Below, one piece after another: positions 37,523 to 46,506 of a stretch of DNA of 64,000 nt (its first letter is position 1; every line of letters begins with the position of its first letter). The DNA is from a virus (lineage: Duplodnaviria; Caudoviricetes). The notes under the pieces are model-generated. The model was not told the DNA's origin. It saw nothing but the letters and a program-made list of their open reading frames with translations, and ran no database searches. The DNA lies in IMG/VR virus record IMGVR_UViG_3300002741_000002, positions 2,298 to 66,297 of that record; one strand, 5' to 3'. A program made the position numbers and the translations under genes.

Positions 37523-38753
37523 CGTGAGGTGCGGCGTGCTGACGGACAAGGCAATCAAGGCGCTTCGACCGAAGGACAAGCCTTACCGAGTAGCCGATGG
37601 CGACAGCCTCTTCATCCTGGTGCAGCCCACGGGGGCGAAGCACTGGGTCTATCGTTTCCGCTTCGCCGGCAAGGAGACCACGCTGTCATTTGGTCTCTAC
37701 GGGGAGATCTCCGCGACGGAAGCTCGCAGACGACATAGAGAGGCGCGGCTTGCTGTCCAGTCGGGGCGTAATCCTGCCGCCGATCGCCAAGCTGCAAAGG
37801 TGCGTTCGCGCTTGGAGGCGGCCAATAGTTTCGAAGCGATAGCCAACGAATGGTTGGAGGGACGTCGGCGCACACTGGCACCCACGACCTTCGAGAAGGC
37901 GGCTCGGAATTTCCGCGTGCTTGTCTACCCATGGTTAGGGAGGTTGCCCATCGCGAGCATCGAACCACCTGACGTGCTGGCCTGTCTGCGGCGTATCGAG
38001 GCCGGTGGTCACCATGAGACCGCGCACCGTATGAAGCAGCGCATCTCCCAGGTGTACCGGTATGCCATCGCTCATGGCTTGGCCCGCGTGAACCCCTCGG
38101 CGGAGCTTAGCGATGCGCTGCACCCCATTGCCTCCAAGAGCAGGGCGGCCATCACCGATCCCGCAGAGGTTGGTGGCCTTCTCCGCGCGATCGAGACGTT
38201 CCATGGGCAGTTCGCTACTGCGTGCGCCTTGAAGCTGGCGCCGCTGGTGTTCGTGCGGCCGGGTGAGCTGCGGAAAGCGGAATGGTCCGAATTCGACCTG
38301 GACGCCGCTCAATGGCGCATCCCTGCCGAGAAGATGAAGATGCGGGAGGAGCACATCGTTCCCCTGTCGACGCAAGCGGTCCATATTCTTCGCGAGTTGC
38401 ATCCGCTAACCGGGGCGGGGCGATACCTCTTCCCTGGCGCCCGCGCGCCAACGCGCCCCATGAGCGAGAACACCATCAATGCGGCCTTGCGCCGGCTGGG
38501 CTACGACGGCGACACCATGTGCGGTCATGGCTTCCGCGCCATGGCGTCCACCAGGCTTAATGAGATGGGTTGGTCGCCAGACGTCATCGAACGCCAGCTC
38601 GCCCATGCGGAGAGGAATAAGATTCGCGCCGCCTACAACCGCGCCCAATATCTGGCTGAGCGCAAAAAGATGATGCAGGCGTGGGCCGATTATCTGGACT
38701 CACTCAGGGCTGGCGGCAATGTGGTCGCGATCCACAAGAAGAAGGCCGGATAA
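37506..38753 (+). CDS. int: P4-like tyrosine integrase
   Basis: LTDKAIKAL...YRVADGDSL...WVYRFRFAGKE arm domain; VRPGELR; HGFRAMAST; QLAH...AYNRAQYL. Confidence 0.95.
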   Translation: MSFTHSVRCGVLTDKAIKALRPKDKPYRVADGDSLFILVQPTGAKHWVYRFRFAGKETTLSFGLYGEISATEARRRHREARLAVQSGRNPAADRQAAKVRSRLEAANSFEAIANEWLEGRRRTLAPTTFEKAARNFRVLVYPWLGRLPIASIEPPDVLACLRRIEAGGHHETAHRMKQRISQVYRYAIAHGLARVNPSAELSDALHPIASKSRAAITDPAEVGGLLRAIETFHGQFATACALKLAPLVFVRPGELRKAEWSEFDLDAAQWRIPAEKMKMREEHIVPLSTQAVHILRELHPLTGAGRYLFPGARAPTRPMSENTINAALRRLGYDGDTMCGHGFRAMASTRLNEMGWSPDVIERQLAHAERNKIRAAYNRAQYLAERKKMMQAWADYLDSLRAGGNVVAIHKKKAG

Positions 38754-38800
38754 GCCACAAAACTCGCATGATCACCTAGATCATGATCACCTAGATTGAT

Positions 38801-39025
38801 TCAGCTCATTGATCTTGTTGCATCGATGTCGTCCTCGATCACCTTTGCTTGGACGTCAGTTTGCAAATCATCAAGGTTAGCCGACATGCCACTAACCACC
38901 CCAACAACATTGCTGGCATCCAAAAGTTGTGCACGCCAAACAAACATCAGCTCGTCCCTGTCGATGTCCATTTGGGCCTCTAATTCGCGGCCCTTGGCAT
39001 CCAGTACTGTAAACAGACGTTTCAT
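38801..39025 (-). CDS. Hypothetical protein
   Basis: MKRLFTVL... 74 aa. Confidence 0.45.
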   Translation of the reverse strand: MKRLFTVLDAKGRELEAQMDIDRDELMFVWRAQLLDASNVVGVVSGMSANLDDLQTDVQAKVIEDDIDATRSMS

Positions 39026-39089
39026 GCGAGAGCCCCTGTTCCTACCAACATGGTGCGCGCGATACTGAATGGCTGCAAGGAGGCTCCCA

Positions 39090-39398
39090 ATGACCGCAGG
39101 CAAGCAATTCAACATTGCCGGTAAGGACTGGCTGACCGTGGATGAGGCCGCCCACTATTGCGGGGTATCGAGTAGCCAATTTCGAAAACATGCAATAGGT
39201 CACGGGCTAATTCCACGCAATTTCATGGGCAAGCAACTGTATGAGAAAGCTGCGCTCTATGCGGCGATTGATGCGTCGGCACCATGGCACATAACGCAGG
39301 GCACCAGACAACCTATTAGTAGAGCAAGTCTATCCCCGAAAATCCGGGCTGCCATGGAAAGACTGGATAAGTATGAGGAGCGCAGAAAGCGACGCTAG
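39090..39398 (+). CDS. Excisionase-like HTH protein
   Basis: AAGGAGG RBS; WLTVDEAAHYCGVSSSQFRK; LYEKAALYAAI. Confidence 0.75.
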   Translation: MTAGKQFNIAGKDWLTVDEAAHYCGVSSSQFRKHAIGHGLIPRNFMGKQLYEKAALYAAIDASAPWHITQGTRQPISRASLSPKIRAAMERLDKYEERRKRR

Positions 39399-39571
39399 CC
39401 TGCTACAAACCTGGGCGGACATGATTGATTCAAGACGCACCGGTAGCAACGTAATTTCAATAGGCCGAAAAAGAGCCTAACGGCACCCGAATGGAGGGTG
39501 AAGGCGCACATACATAAAAGTCGCGCGCCTTCTCTCTGCTCAATCAATTGCGCATCTTTGCAGGCGAAGAT

Positions 39572-40639
39572 CTACTGAGATAGGTCTTTTATGCGCCTGA
39601 TAACCGCATCCTTCAGTTTTTCATCCATGATTCGACCTGTAATGGTAAGGATGACGCTATGTCTTGCAAATAACGCAGCTTGCAATGCTGCTTTGTTGCG
39701 TTGTGACATTAACTCATCTTCTACCGCAGCCTCGATAATCTCGCCCGTATTTTGATCTTTAACCTTGACACGCAACACGAGCGGATCGGATGAATCTACG
39801 CGAATCACGCGAAATTCGCCTTCAATTTCCGTGTCTTCTGACTTGCGACGGCCATTAAGTGAAAGCTCTTTTATTGCCTCTCCCTCAATTCGCACGCCTT
39901 GAATTTGCGTTTCTTTGGCCGAGGAAAAAGAGCGAAGAAGCTCTGCGGTGGCGTCAGCTGCATGAGGCTCAATTGCTCGCAACTTAGGGCTCTTTGTCAA
40001 CGCTTCGGTAAGCAACTTTGTCCGCTCAGTTTCTTGTTGTGACATGCGTTCAATCGATTCCAAGGTTTCCCGGCGGTCTTCCTTGTCAATTTCCTTTAGT
40101 CGAACCGCCTTTCGTTGATTCAGAAACAGTTTGATGACTGCGTGACTTGTATATAAAAGCCCGCATCCAAGAAGGAGTATCAGCAAGTCGTGTGAAGTCA
40201 TGCTACTCGAGACCTTGTCAATAATATGGTTAATGACTTTTTCGAGATCAACTTCATACTGCGCTGACCCATCTCCTACTCTGACGGTCAGTTCGAGATT
40301 CTCTTTCTCTTCCTTTGAAAGGTGGCGTACATCTGCGTCATCGTAGGAAGCTATAGCGTACGACTTGTAAACAGAAGATTGAAGTTCTATATACCCTTTC
40401 ATGACTGAAGGGGTAATGCTTTGATGAAATTGATCGCCTTCAAGATGAGCGTGTAAGTGAGGCCAACCTTTCAGCTTCACTTTGCCATCAAAGTCCCCTT
40501 GGAGCACTTCATTTAAAACCTGGAATGCTTCTTCCTCGTTTGTCACGACCCGGATCATGTCGGCTTGTGGCATACCAATCCATTGCCTCCCTGTTTGCTT
40601 ACCCCTTGCAACCGTACCAGAGGAGAGGACGATTCGCAC
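39572..40639 (-). CDS. AT-rich cargo protein with central TM helix, function unknown
   Basis: 355-aa ORF; LLILLLGCGLLYTSHAVIKLF TM; beta-rich C-terminus. Confidence 0.7.
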   Translation of the reverse strand: MRIVLSSGTVARGKQTGRQWIGMPQADMIRVVTNEEEAFQVLNEVLQGDFDGKVKLKGWPHLHAHLEGDQFHQSITPSVMKGYIELQSSVYKSYAIASYDDADVRHLSKEEKENLELTVRVGDGSAQYEVDLEKVINHIIDKVSSSMTSHDLLILLLGCGLLYTSHAVIKLFLNQRKAVRLKEIDKEDRRETLESIERMSQQETERTKLLTEALTKSPKLRAIEPHAADATAELLRSFSSAKETQIQGVRIEGEAIKELSLNGRRKSEDTEIEGEFRVIRVDSSDPLVLRVKVKDQNTGEIIEAAVEDELMSQRNKAALQAALFARHSVILTITGRIMDEKLKDAVIRRIKDLSQ

Positions 40640-40669
40640 AATTTCATCGCCGAATGCCTATTTCAGCCA

Positions 40670-40698
40670 TTGACAGCTGAGAAAAATTGCCATAAGTT
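40670..40698 (+). promoter_or_regulatory. Sigma70-type promoter
   Basis: TTGACA-17 bp-TAAGTT. Confidence 0.65.
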
Positions 40699-40699
40699 T

Positions 40700-40925
40700 T
40701 GGCCGTCCCCGCCAATTCGGGGACCAGGTTTGGCGACCTGAGAAAACAAAGGCGCAACGGCGCCGATGGCGCTTTTTTTGTGTCCGTTGCGTACGCGTCC
40801 CCCTCCTATGGCGGGCGTGTGGGGCAGCCTTCGGGCTGGCCGGTTTCCTTTGTTACCGGTTCGCCAACCCTGCACGTCCGCCACCCTTGTCGCAACGGCA
40901 TGGGTGGCTCATCAGAGGGGTGAGC
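40700..40925 (+). ncRNA. C4/P4-CI-like antisense RNA region overlapping an ash/icd-like ORF (40699-40923)
   Basis: GGTTTGGCGACC (40727) nearly complementary to GGTTCGCCAACC (40858); CAGCC-TTCG-GGCTG hairpin; ORF motif GAFFVS...GGRVGQPSGWPVS...GSPT. Confidence 0.6.
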
Positions 40926-40926
40926 T

Positions 40927-41256
40927 ATGGCAACCAACGCAAATTCCACGATTAACCAGCAGCCGGCAGATCGGCTGATCCAGCTGGTATGGCAACACTG
41001 GGACGAAGAGGGCGATGACGCCCGGGTCCTCGATCCGGCCACCGGCAAATGGACGTCCGCACGCGATCGCCACCTGGCGAATACCGAACGGGAAATCTTT
41101 GATCTGTTCATCCAGGACGGGCAGAGCAAAGAGTACGCCTCGGCAATGATCGAATTCATGCGCCGGCCGTGCACGCAGGAAGGTGACTGGACCCTTGTAA
41201 AGGGTGGCATGCCGATAACGGAGTACATGGATCAGCTCGCCGGGATGGGGGTATGA
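40927..41256 (+). CDS. Hypothetical protein sharing its C-terminal domain with the next ORF
   Basis: EIFDLFIQDG...AMIEFMRRP...EGD...GG...YMDQL. Confidence 0.7.
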   Translation: MATNANSTINQQPADRLIQLVWQHWDEEGDDARVLDPATGKWTSARDRHLANTEREIFDLFIQDGQSKEYASAMIEFMRRPCTQEGDWTLVKGGMPITEYMDQLAGMGV

Positions 41257-42017
41257 CCGTGAAAGATCAAATTACATCGACCTCCGATGATCTTGATGCT
41301 GAGCGACTTGCCTACCAAATGAAGGCACTCATCCGGGCGAAGTGGCCCGAGCGATACGGCAGAACAAAGCCTGATCTGAGTGTGGTGCATCCCGAATTAC
41401 TGGTAGGCATCAACGATCTACGCAGCGATCCCGGAACGGTTGATAGGGCAAATCAGCTGCTGAAGGGAAATCTGTCTGAAAAATTCAAGAGAGACATCGG
41501 TGTTTACGAATTCGTAAAGCCAGGAGACAAGCCCGATTCGGCCACGATGGAACTAAGCCGCGTGCTACGGGAAATCAATGGCAAATCACGTCGTGACCAG
41601 CTCAACGTACTCCTGGACGAAAAATGGGGTCCTGTCCAAGGTGAAAATCCGCGAAAGCCAATGATCGACAGGATGATGGTTGATCGCCTTAAGGCAATGA
41701 TTCGAACGACATGGCCCGATGAGTTTGGCGCTAGCAAGAAGGTCATCCAATTCCCGCGCGCGAAGAAGCGAGGCGCAAAAAAAAGCAGCGGTCCTCGAGC
41801 GGACGTCGTCCAGTTTCGCTGCGGTCGTGCCGATTTTTCTGTCTCCGATCGAAGGGCATTCGATATATTCGTCAAAGACGGCCGCAGCGCTCGGTTTGCT
41901 GCCGCGATGGTCGACTTTATGCGTAGCCCGTATTCAAAAGAGGGCGACGACTGGTTTGTGAGAGGTGGAGTTTCGATCGCCGATTACATGGACCAACTCA
42001 CGCGCCAGGGGATCTGA
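41253..42017 (+). CDS. Hypothetical protein with internal repeat and the shared C-terminal domain
   Basis: AFDIFVKDG...AMVDFMRSP...EGD...GG...YMDQL; KALIRAKWPERYG / KAMIRTTWPDEFG. Confidence 0.7.
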   Translation: MTVKDQITSTSDDLDAERLAYQMKALIRAKWPERYGRTKPDLSVVHPELLVGINDLRSDPGTVDRANQLLKGNLSEKFKRDIGVYEFVKPGDKPDSATMELSRVLREINGKSRRDQLNVLLDEKWGPVQGENPRKPMIDRMMVDRLKAMIRTTWPDEFGASKKVIQFPRAKKRGAKKSSGPRADVVQFRCGRADFSVSDRRAFDIFVKDGRSARFAAAMVDFMRSPYSKEGDDWFVRGGVSIADYMDQLTRQGI

Positions 42018-42019
42018 TC

Positions 42020-42232
42020 ATGAGTGCCAAGATCATTCCATTCCCCTCGCAGGGTCGCGTTCGGCTTAGACCCGTCGATGATGACGACGAAAACATCCCG
42101 GCTGGTGTGCGCGCGCTGTTGGCCATCATGGAAGCAACGGAGCGCAAGTATGGATCCGCTATGCCGCCGAGCGGCATGAGCCCGGAGGAACATATCCGGG
42201 ACGTTGCGCCCTATCTGCTCCGTCCAGCCTGA
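42020..42232 (+). CDS. Hypothetical protein
   Basis: MSAKIIPFP...; operonic with the upstream pair. Confidence 0.55.
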   Translation: MSAKIIPFPSQGRVRLRPVDDDDENIPAGVRALLAIMEATERKYGSAMPPSGMSPEEHIRDVAPYLLRPA

Positions 42233-42316
42233 TCTGATAGCCTGAAACAGCCGCGCCTAGGCTGATCCCCGAACACCGGGCACCTTCCCCGGCTGGCGCG
42301 GCTTCCTTTTTGAAGG

Positions 42317-43036
42317 GTGCAGAGGTGTGCCGTGATAAACGATTCGATTTACGATGATCCATCAGGGTCAATTGAAGATGATCTCAAGGATGTCGTGAAG
42401 ATTCTTAACGATGAGATCGAGCAGTATTTTAAAATGTTGCTTAAATTCGCCAATGACCTCGGCATCTTAGAAGATCATCTGCTGAAGCACGGAGCATCTC
42501 TTTTTGAATCAAGAATTCTTGAGGTTCAAAAAATGCGTGATCTTTTACATAAAAAAATTCCGTCCGACGAAGAATATGCAAATTTGATTGCCAAAAAGGT
42601 AAGCGACTTCGACATCTTAAAGAAAGGTGCCGGGAGTGCTGGTTTGACATTGCCGCAATCTTCATGGGAAGGCATGTCGATGGCAGTTTTCTTATACAAG
42701 CAAAAGCGCAAGGGTGTTCTTGGGCTATCAGGGATCGCGCACGGTGTCGGGTTGTTTGTAGGAGCCCGCCTTGGATTCGCCAATCCCAAGGCAAAGGCCG
42801 ACATTATTTCCCGATTTGCAAAATCGGGAGCCCAGGCAAAGTTAAAAAAGGACCCTAAGCAAGCGGCAAAATTAGAGGCCAAAAAGCTCTGGGAAGAATG
42901 GCAGGCCGGCAAGACAAAGCATAAAGGTGCGGCTGCATTTGCACGCTTCGTCTGCGGCAAATATCCCATACTCGAAAGCACGGCTGTGGTTGAGAGATGG
43001 GTGAGGCAGTGGGCTGCCTCGAAGCAACAAAAATAG
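42317..43036 (+). CDS. Hypothetical protein upstream of alpA, basic C-terminal HTH-like region
   Basis: AKKLWEEW...AAAFARF...VERWVRQW. Confidence 0.65.
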   Translation: MQRCAVINDSIYDDPSGSIEDDLKDVVKILNDEIEQYFKMLLKFANDLGILEDHLLKHGASLFESRILEVQKMRDLLHKKIPSDEEYANLIAKKVSDFDILKKGAGSAGLTLPQSSWEGMSMAVFLYKQKRKGVLGLSGIAHGVGLFVGARLGFANPKAKADIISRFAKSGAQAKLKKDPKQAAKLEAKKLWEEWQAGKTKHKGAAAFARFVCGKYPILESTAVVERWVRQWAASKQQK

Positions 43037-43169
43037 GCACCCAACTAGCTCAGTACATACCCGGCTAGTCGAATGGGGATCATGCTAGCCGAAGTATTTT
43101 CGCATTCTGTCGCATTTCCTAATCTGTCCTCACTCTTCAGCAATAGACGAACAGCGAGGTTCGATAAAA

Positions 43170-43394
43170 GTGCAGACACTTCCTCAAACTGGTTATCTTC
43201 GCCTCGTCCAGATCATCGGCAGGAAACCTTCAAACGATGATCCTGGTTTGCCGGCAATCATTCCTGTTAGTGCATCGACGTGGTGGGCCGGCGTCCGCTC
43301 CGGACGATTTCCTCAACCGGTAAAACTCGGCCCCCGCATTACCGCCTGGAAGGTTGAGCACATCCGCGCCCTCATCGAGAGGGATGCGGCATGA
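43170..43394 (+). CDS. alpA: AlpA-family regulator/RDF
   Basis: YLRLVQIIG...IIPVSASTWWAGVRSGRFPQPVKLGPRITAWKVEHI. Confidence 0.92.
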   Translation: MQTLPQTGYLRLVQIIGRKPSNDDPGLPAIIPVSASTWWAGVRSGRFPQPVKLGPRITAWKVEHIRALIERDAA

Positions 43395-43609
43395 ACGGCG
43401 ATCTCGATCCCTCCCGCCGGCTGTATGCCGAGCCCGATGTAAGCGAGCTCCTGAGCGGCATCCCGGCGCTGGCTGCTCAGCTCTACACCTCCCTCAACGC
43501 GCTACAGAACGATCCCAGTCCTTCCAGCTGTGAATCACTGGTCTTGACTCTTTACGGTGCGCAGACGCACGTACAACGGCTAAGGACGGCTGTCGAGCGG
43601 AGCGTCTGA
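43391..43609 (+). CDS. Hypothetical protein
   Basis: Overlaps the alpA stop (ATGA). Confidence 0.55.
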   Translation: MNGDLDPSRRLYAEPDVSELLSGIPALAAQLYTSLNALQNDPSPSSCESLVLTLYGAQTHVQRLRTAVERSV

Positions 43610-43613
43610 CGCG

Positions 43614-44135
43614 ATGGCCACCATCTCCGAACGCAAACGCCCACGGATTAAGGGGAGATCGGGCGCCTCATTTCTCCAGCTCCCGCACTTCGTCATCAAT
43701 ACGCCGCAGTGGGCAGCGCTCACCGGCAACGAAGTGAAGATGCTGATTGAGATCGCCAGCCAGTACAACGGTTCGAACAACGGCGACTTGTCGTATCCGC
43801 GGAGCAAGTACCCGGTACGTGGCTGGTCGGGAATTGACGTCGCGCACCGCGCGCTGACTTCGTTGAAAGAAAAAGGATGGATCTTGCTGACCAGGCAGGG
43901 CGGTCGGCAGGGCTGCAGTCTGTACGCCGTGACGTTCTTTCCGATGGATGAGAGCAGTAAACATCCGTGCCACCGAGAGCACAAGCCGAGTCATCTGTGG
44001 AAGCACGCGCAAGCACGCGTCATTGACGCGTCCAACGACGCAAACGCTGTTCCGGAATCCGGACACAAACTGTTCCGAAATCCGGACAGTAAAACTTTTA
44101 GTGTCCGAAATCCGGACAGAAAGATTGTCCGGTGA
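43614..44135 (+). CDS. wHTH replication-initiator-like protein
   Basis: FLQLPHFV...LIEIASQYNGSNNGDLS...LKEKGWI; iterons in its 3' end. Confidence 0.65.
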   Translation: MATISERKRPRIKGRSGASFLQLPHFVINTPQWAALTGNEVKMLIEIASQYNGSNNGDLSYPRSKYPVRGWSGIDVAHRALTSLKEKGWILLTRQGGRQGCSLYAVTFFPMDESSKHPCHREHKPSHLWKHAQARVIDASNDANAVPESGHKLFRNPDSKTFSVRNPDRKIVR

Positions 44136-44183
44136 CGTGCACGTATGTACGAGACATGTCCCTTTTACTGTCCGGAATCCGGA
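44051..44183. repeat. Four TCCG(G/A)AATCCGGA iterons: candidate satellite origin
   Basis: Copies start at 44051, 44074, 44104, 44171. Confidence 0.75.
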
Positions 44184-44336
44184 ACCCTTTATAGATATAT
44201 ACCAGAGGGGTTTCTGTTTTCTGCTTCTGCTCCGCTTGGCTTATCGCACTGGAGCGCCCTCGTTGGTCGACCAAGGGACATCCAAGCGGCTTGCATGGAT
44301 CGCGCACCTGTCGACGCCATCAATTCGGAACCAACC

Positions 44337-44678
44337 ATGGAAACGAAGAAGATCAGCTCCCTCGAAGCCTGGGAGCGTCAGAAGGCATTGCTAGCAAAGC
44401 GCAAGCAGAAGAAAAACCCATCGGGTTATTCGCGCGGCATAAAACTCAAGAAAAACGAGGGTGCGTGCGTGGTTTGCATGCAGAGCCCGGGAAGCCCTGT
44501 GCAAGGACAGCACGACCTAGGCAGTGCTCAGGCACAGCCTGGACCATGCGACCGCAATGCGACCGCATGCAATGCACCTGTGACGTACCTGATACGCGTA
44601 CGGGTGAGTACCGAGCCACGGCGACTGCCCGGCGGATGTTTGCTGTACCGATTTCCCGTGCAACTGCGATCCGTATAG
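44337..44678 (+). CDS. Hypothetical Cys-containing protein
   Basis: METKKISS...CVVC... Confidence 0.4.
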   Translation: METKKISSLEAWERQKALLAKRKQKKNPSGYSRGIKLKKNEGACVVCMQSPGSPVQGQHDLGSAQAQPGPCDRNATACNAPVTYLIRVRVSTEPRRLPGGCLLYRFPVQLRSV

Positions 44679-44687
44679 GGGGCATCC

Positions 44688-45356
44688 ATGTCGAACGCCG
44701 GGCCGGGCGTGCGACTCAGGACAACGCGGTTAGCTGACTGGAACGCACCGGCTTACCGCATCCATGCCCTTGAGTTGCCGAGATCACCACGCGCCACAAC
44801 TTGTGATGATCTGAAATACCGCAATCGAAAAACCACGGTGGATCACCGTGGACGAAGGTTGACTTATGGCAGCTTGTGGGCGGAGGCCGCGGCGCTGTCT
44901 TACATGGCGGCCAGTCCGCATGATGTCCGCCCGCATCTCTTGCTTGCGTATTTTGGGCAGATACGCGCAAGCACGGAGGCGGCAATCACTTATGGCCACC
45001 GCTATCTGGAAGTCTGGTGCGCTCGCGTCGGAATCGGTCAGAAATGGACACCTGTCTTTCCATTTGCCGCAGCGGACGCCCTGGCGGTTTTGTATTGGGG
45101 GCGCGCCACGCGTATCGGCATGCGGGTTTCTATCACGACCCGAGCACGCCAATTCAACATCGCACCTCGCGACTACTCGCTTCTTCGAGAGAAAGCTCTC
45201 GAGGCGTATCGACTCCGACTGACCGAGGCAATCGTGCAATTCGAACGCGCGCTGACGCGAATGGAAATATACGCACCCGCAAATCTGCATACTCAAAGTA
45301 GGAACACTGGATTGCCGGCCTGCGGTTCGGAATTCCTCGCGCGCCGTGCCGCGTAA
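44688..45356 (+). CDS. Hypothetical protein, possibly a Q-like antiterminator/late regulator
   Basis: Size and position before the late-like genes; weak resemblance only. Confidence 0.4.
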   Translation: MSNAGPGVRLRTTRLADWNAPAYRIHALELPRSPRATTCDDLKYRNRKTTVDHRGRRLTYGSLWAEAAALSYMAASPHDVRPHLLLAYFGQIRASTEAAITYGHRYLEVWCARVGIGQKWTPVFPFAAADALAVLYWGRATRIGMRVSITTRARQFNIAPRDYSLLREKALEAYRLRLTEAIVQFERALTRMEIYAPANLHTQSRNTGLPACGSEFLARRAA

Positions 45357-45495
45357 TGCACGGCGGCCATATTCCAGTGTGACGCGGTGTGATGTCACCG
45401 TGCGTCACCCCGCGTCACACATAACGCAATCACTTAAACCCTATAGGGAACGGTATCGAAACCGTTTCGGAAACGTTTCACAAAGGAGAGCCGAG

Positions 45496-45909
45496 ATGAA
45501 CAAATTGCACCATAACCTGGAGTCATTCACGCCCAGAGTGAACGCCAGCGGCGTGACGAATCACGACGCACTACCTCACGCCTACAAAGATCAGCTGCCC
45601 GATGCGAAGGCGTATTACGCACATCACCTGGGCGACGACCTTACGCCGTCCGCAACCGGGTGGGCGTTGGCTGGATGTCCCTTTTGCCCGGACGGGGAAA
45701 ATCACTCCGTATCGGTCAACCTCCTTGACGGAAGGTGGCGCTGCTACGCGACATCGCGCGACATCGTGAGAGACATGGTGCATTTCCACATGCTCACTTA
45801 CGGGCTGGGTCTCCGAGAAGCGGTAAGCGACCTGCTGGAGGCATGGGCTCGCAAGCCCGGGTTCGCTCCCGTCAAGCGGTTCAATGGTTTCGCGATGGCG
45901 GGCCATTAA
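45496..45909 (+). CDS. Stand-alone CHC2-type zinc-finger (primase N-terminal-like) protein
   Basis: AAGGAG RBS; GCPFCPDGENHSVSVNLLDGRWRCY...DMVHFHM...LREAV. Confidence 0.65.
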   Translation: MNKLHHNLESFTPRVNASGVTNHDALPHAYKDQLPDAKAYYAHHLGDDLTPSATGWALAGCPFCPDGENHSVSVNLLDGRWRCYATSRDIVRDMVHFHMLTYGLGLREAVSDLLEAWARKPGFAPVKRFNGFAMAGH

Positions 45910-45924
45910 TTCAGGAGACTCATC

Positions 45925-46323
45925 ATGCCCGTACACAAATCGGAAAATCTGCTCGATGGCAGCGGCAACCTTGCCACGCGGCTGGCGAAGTTGAAAGAGA
46001 TCCAACGTCTTGGACTTGCCGACAAGAAATTGGATGTCATGGCGATCGCCAGGGATCCGAACGTATTTAACTTGATGGAAGGAAAGATGCTCGCATCGGC
46101 ACGCGATGCCGCGCGCGACAGTGGGCTTTTGTTCCCGCATACGACTCGCGACGACACGGGACGGAAGATCACGCGATACGAGGGCGACGCCAAAGCTACA
46201 TGGGAACCATTCATGGCCCCTGGCATGATTGGCCGACTCAATAGAAATTGCGGCACGCACGAGGAAACCGTGCGGGTCCGCGACAACGAGCGCGTCATGG
46301 TGGTTAAAAAGAATTCGCCTTAA
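45925..46323 (+). CDS. Hypothetical protein resembling the C-terminus of DUF2213 head-scaffold proteins
   Basis: DDTGRKITRYEGDAKATWEPF motif (family recalled from memory). Confidence 0.45.
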   Translation: MPVHKSENLLDGSGNLATRLAKLKEIQRLGLADKKLDVMAIARDPNVFNLMEGKMLASARDAARDSGLLFPHTTRDDTGRKITRYEGDAKATWEPFMAPGMIGRLNRNCGTHEETVRVRDNERVMVVKKNSP

Positions 46324-46506
46324 GGTTTTGGCGCCTTCCTCAGTTTCCACGTAGCCGTTCTCCCTGCGGGAGGAGGGCGCCACTTTTCTATTTTCACGCG
46401 GCCTCGATTTGGACGCCGTGTTTCCCCTTGCCGATCTCGGCTTAACCCATGCCTCATCTTCTTGAGATGAGGCACGACACCCTATTGCCCAACGAAAGGA
46501 AATTTC

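Noticed and set aside
38767-38796. 15-bp tandem duplication CATGATCACCTAGAT x2 after the satellite integrase
   Set aside because: Only two copies with no associated element; most likely replication slippage
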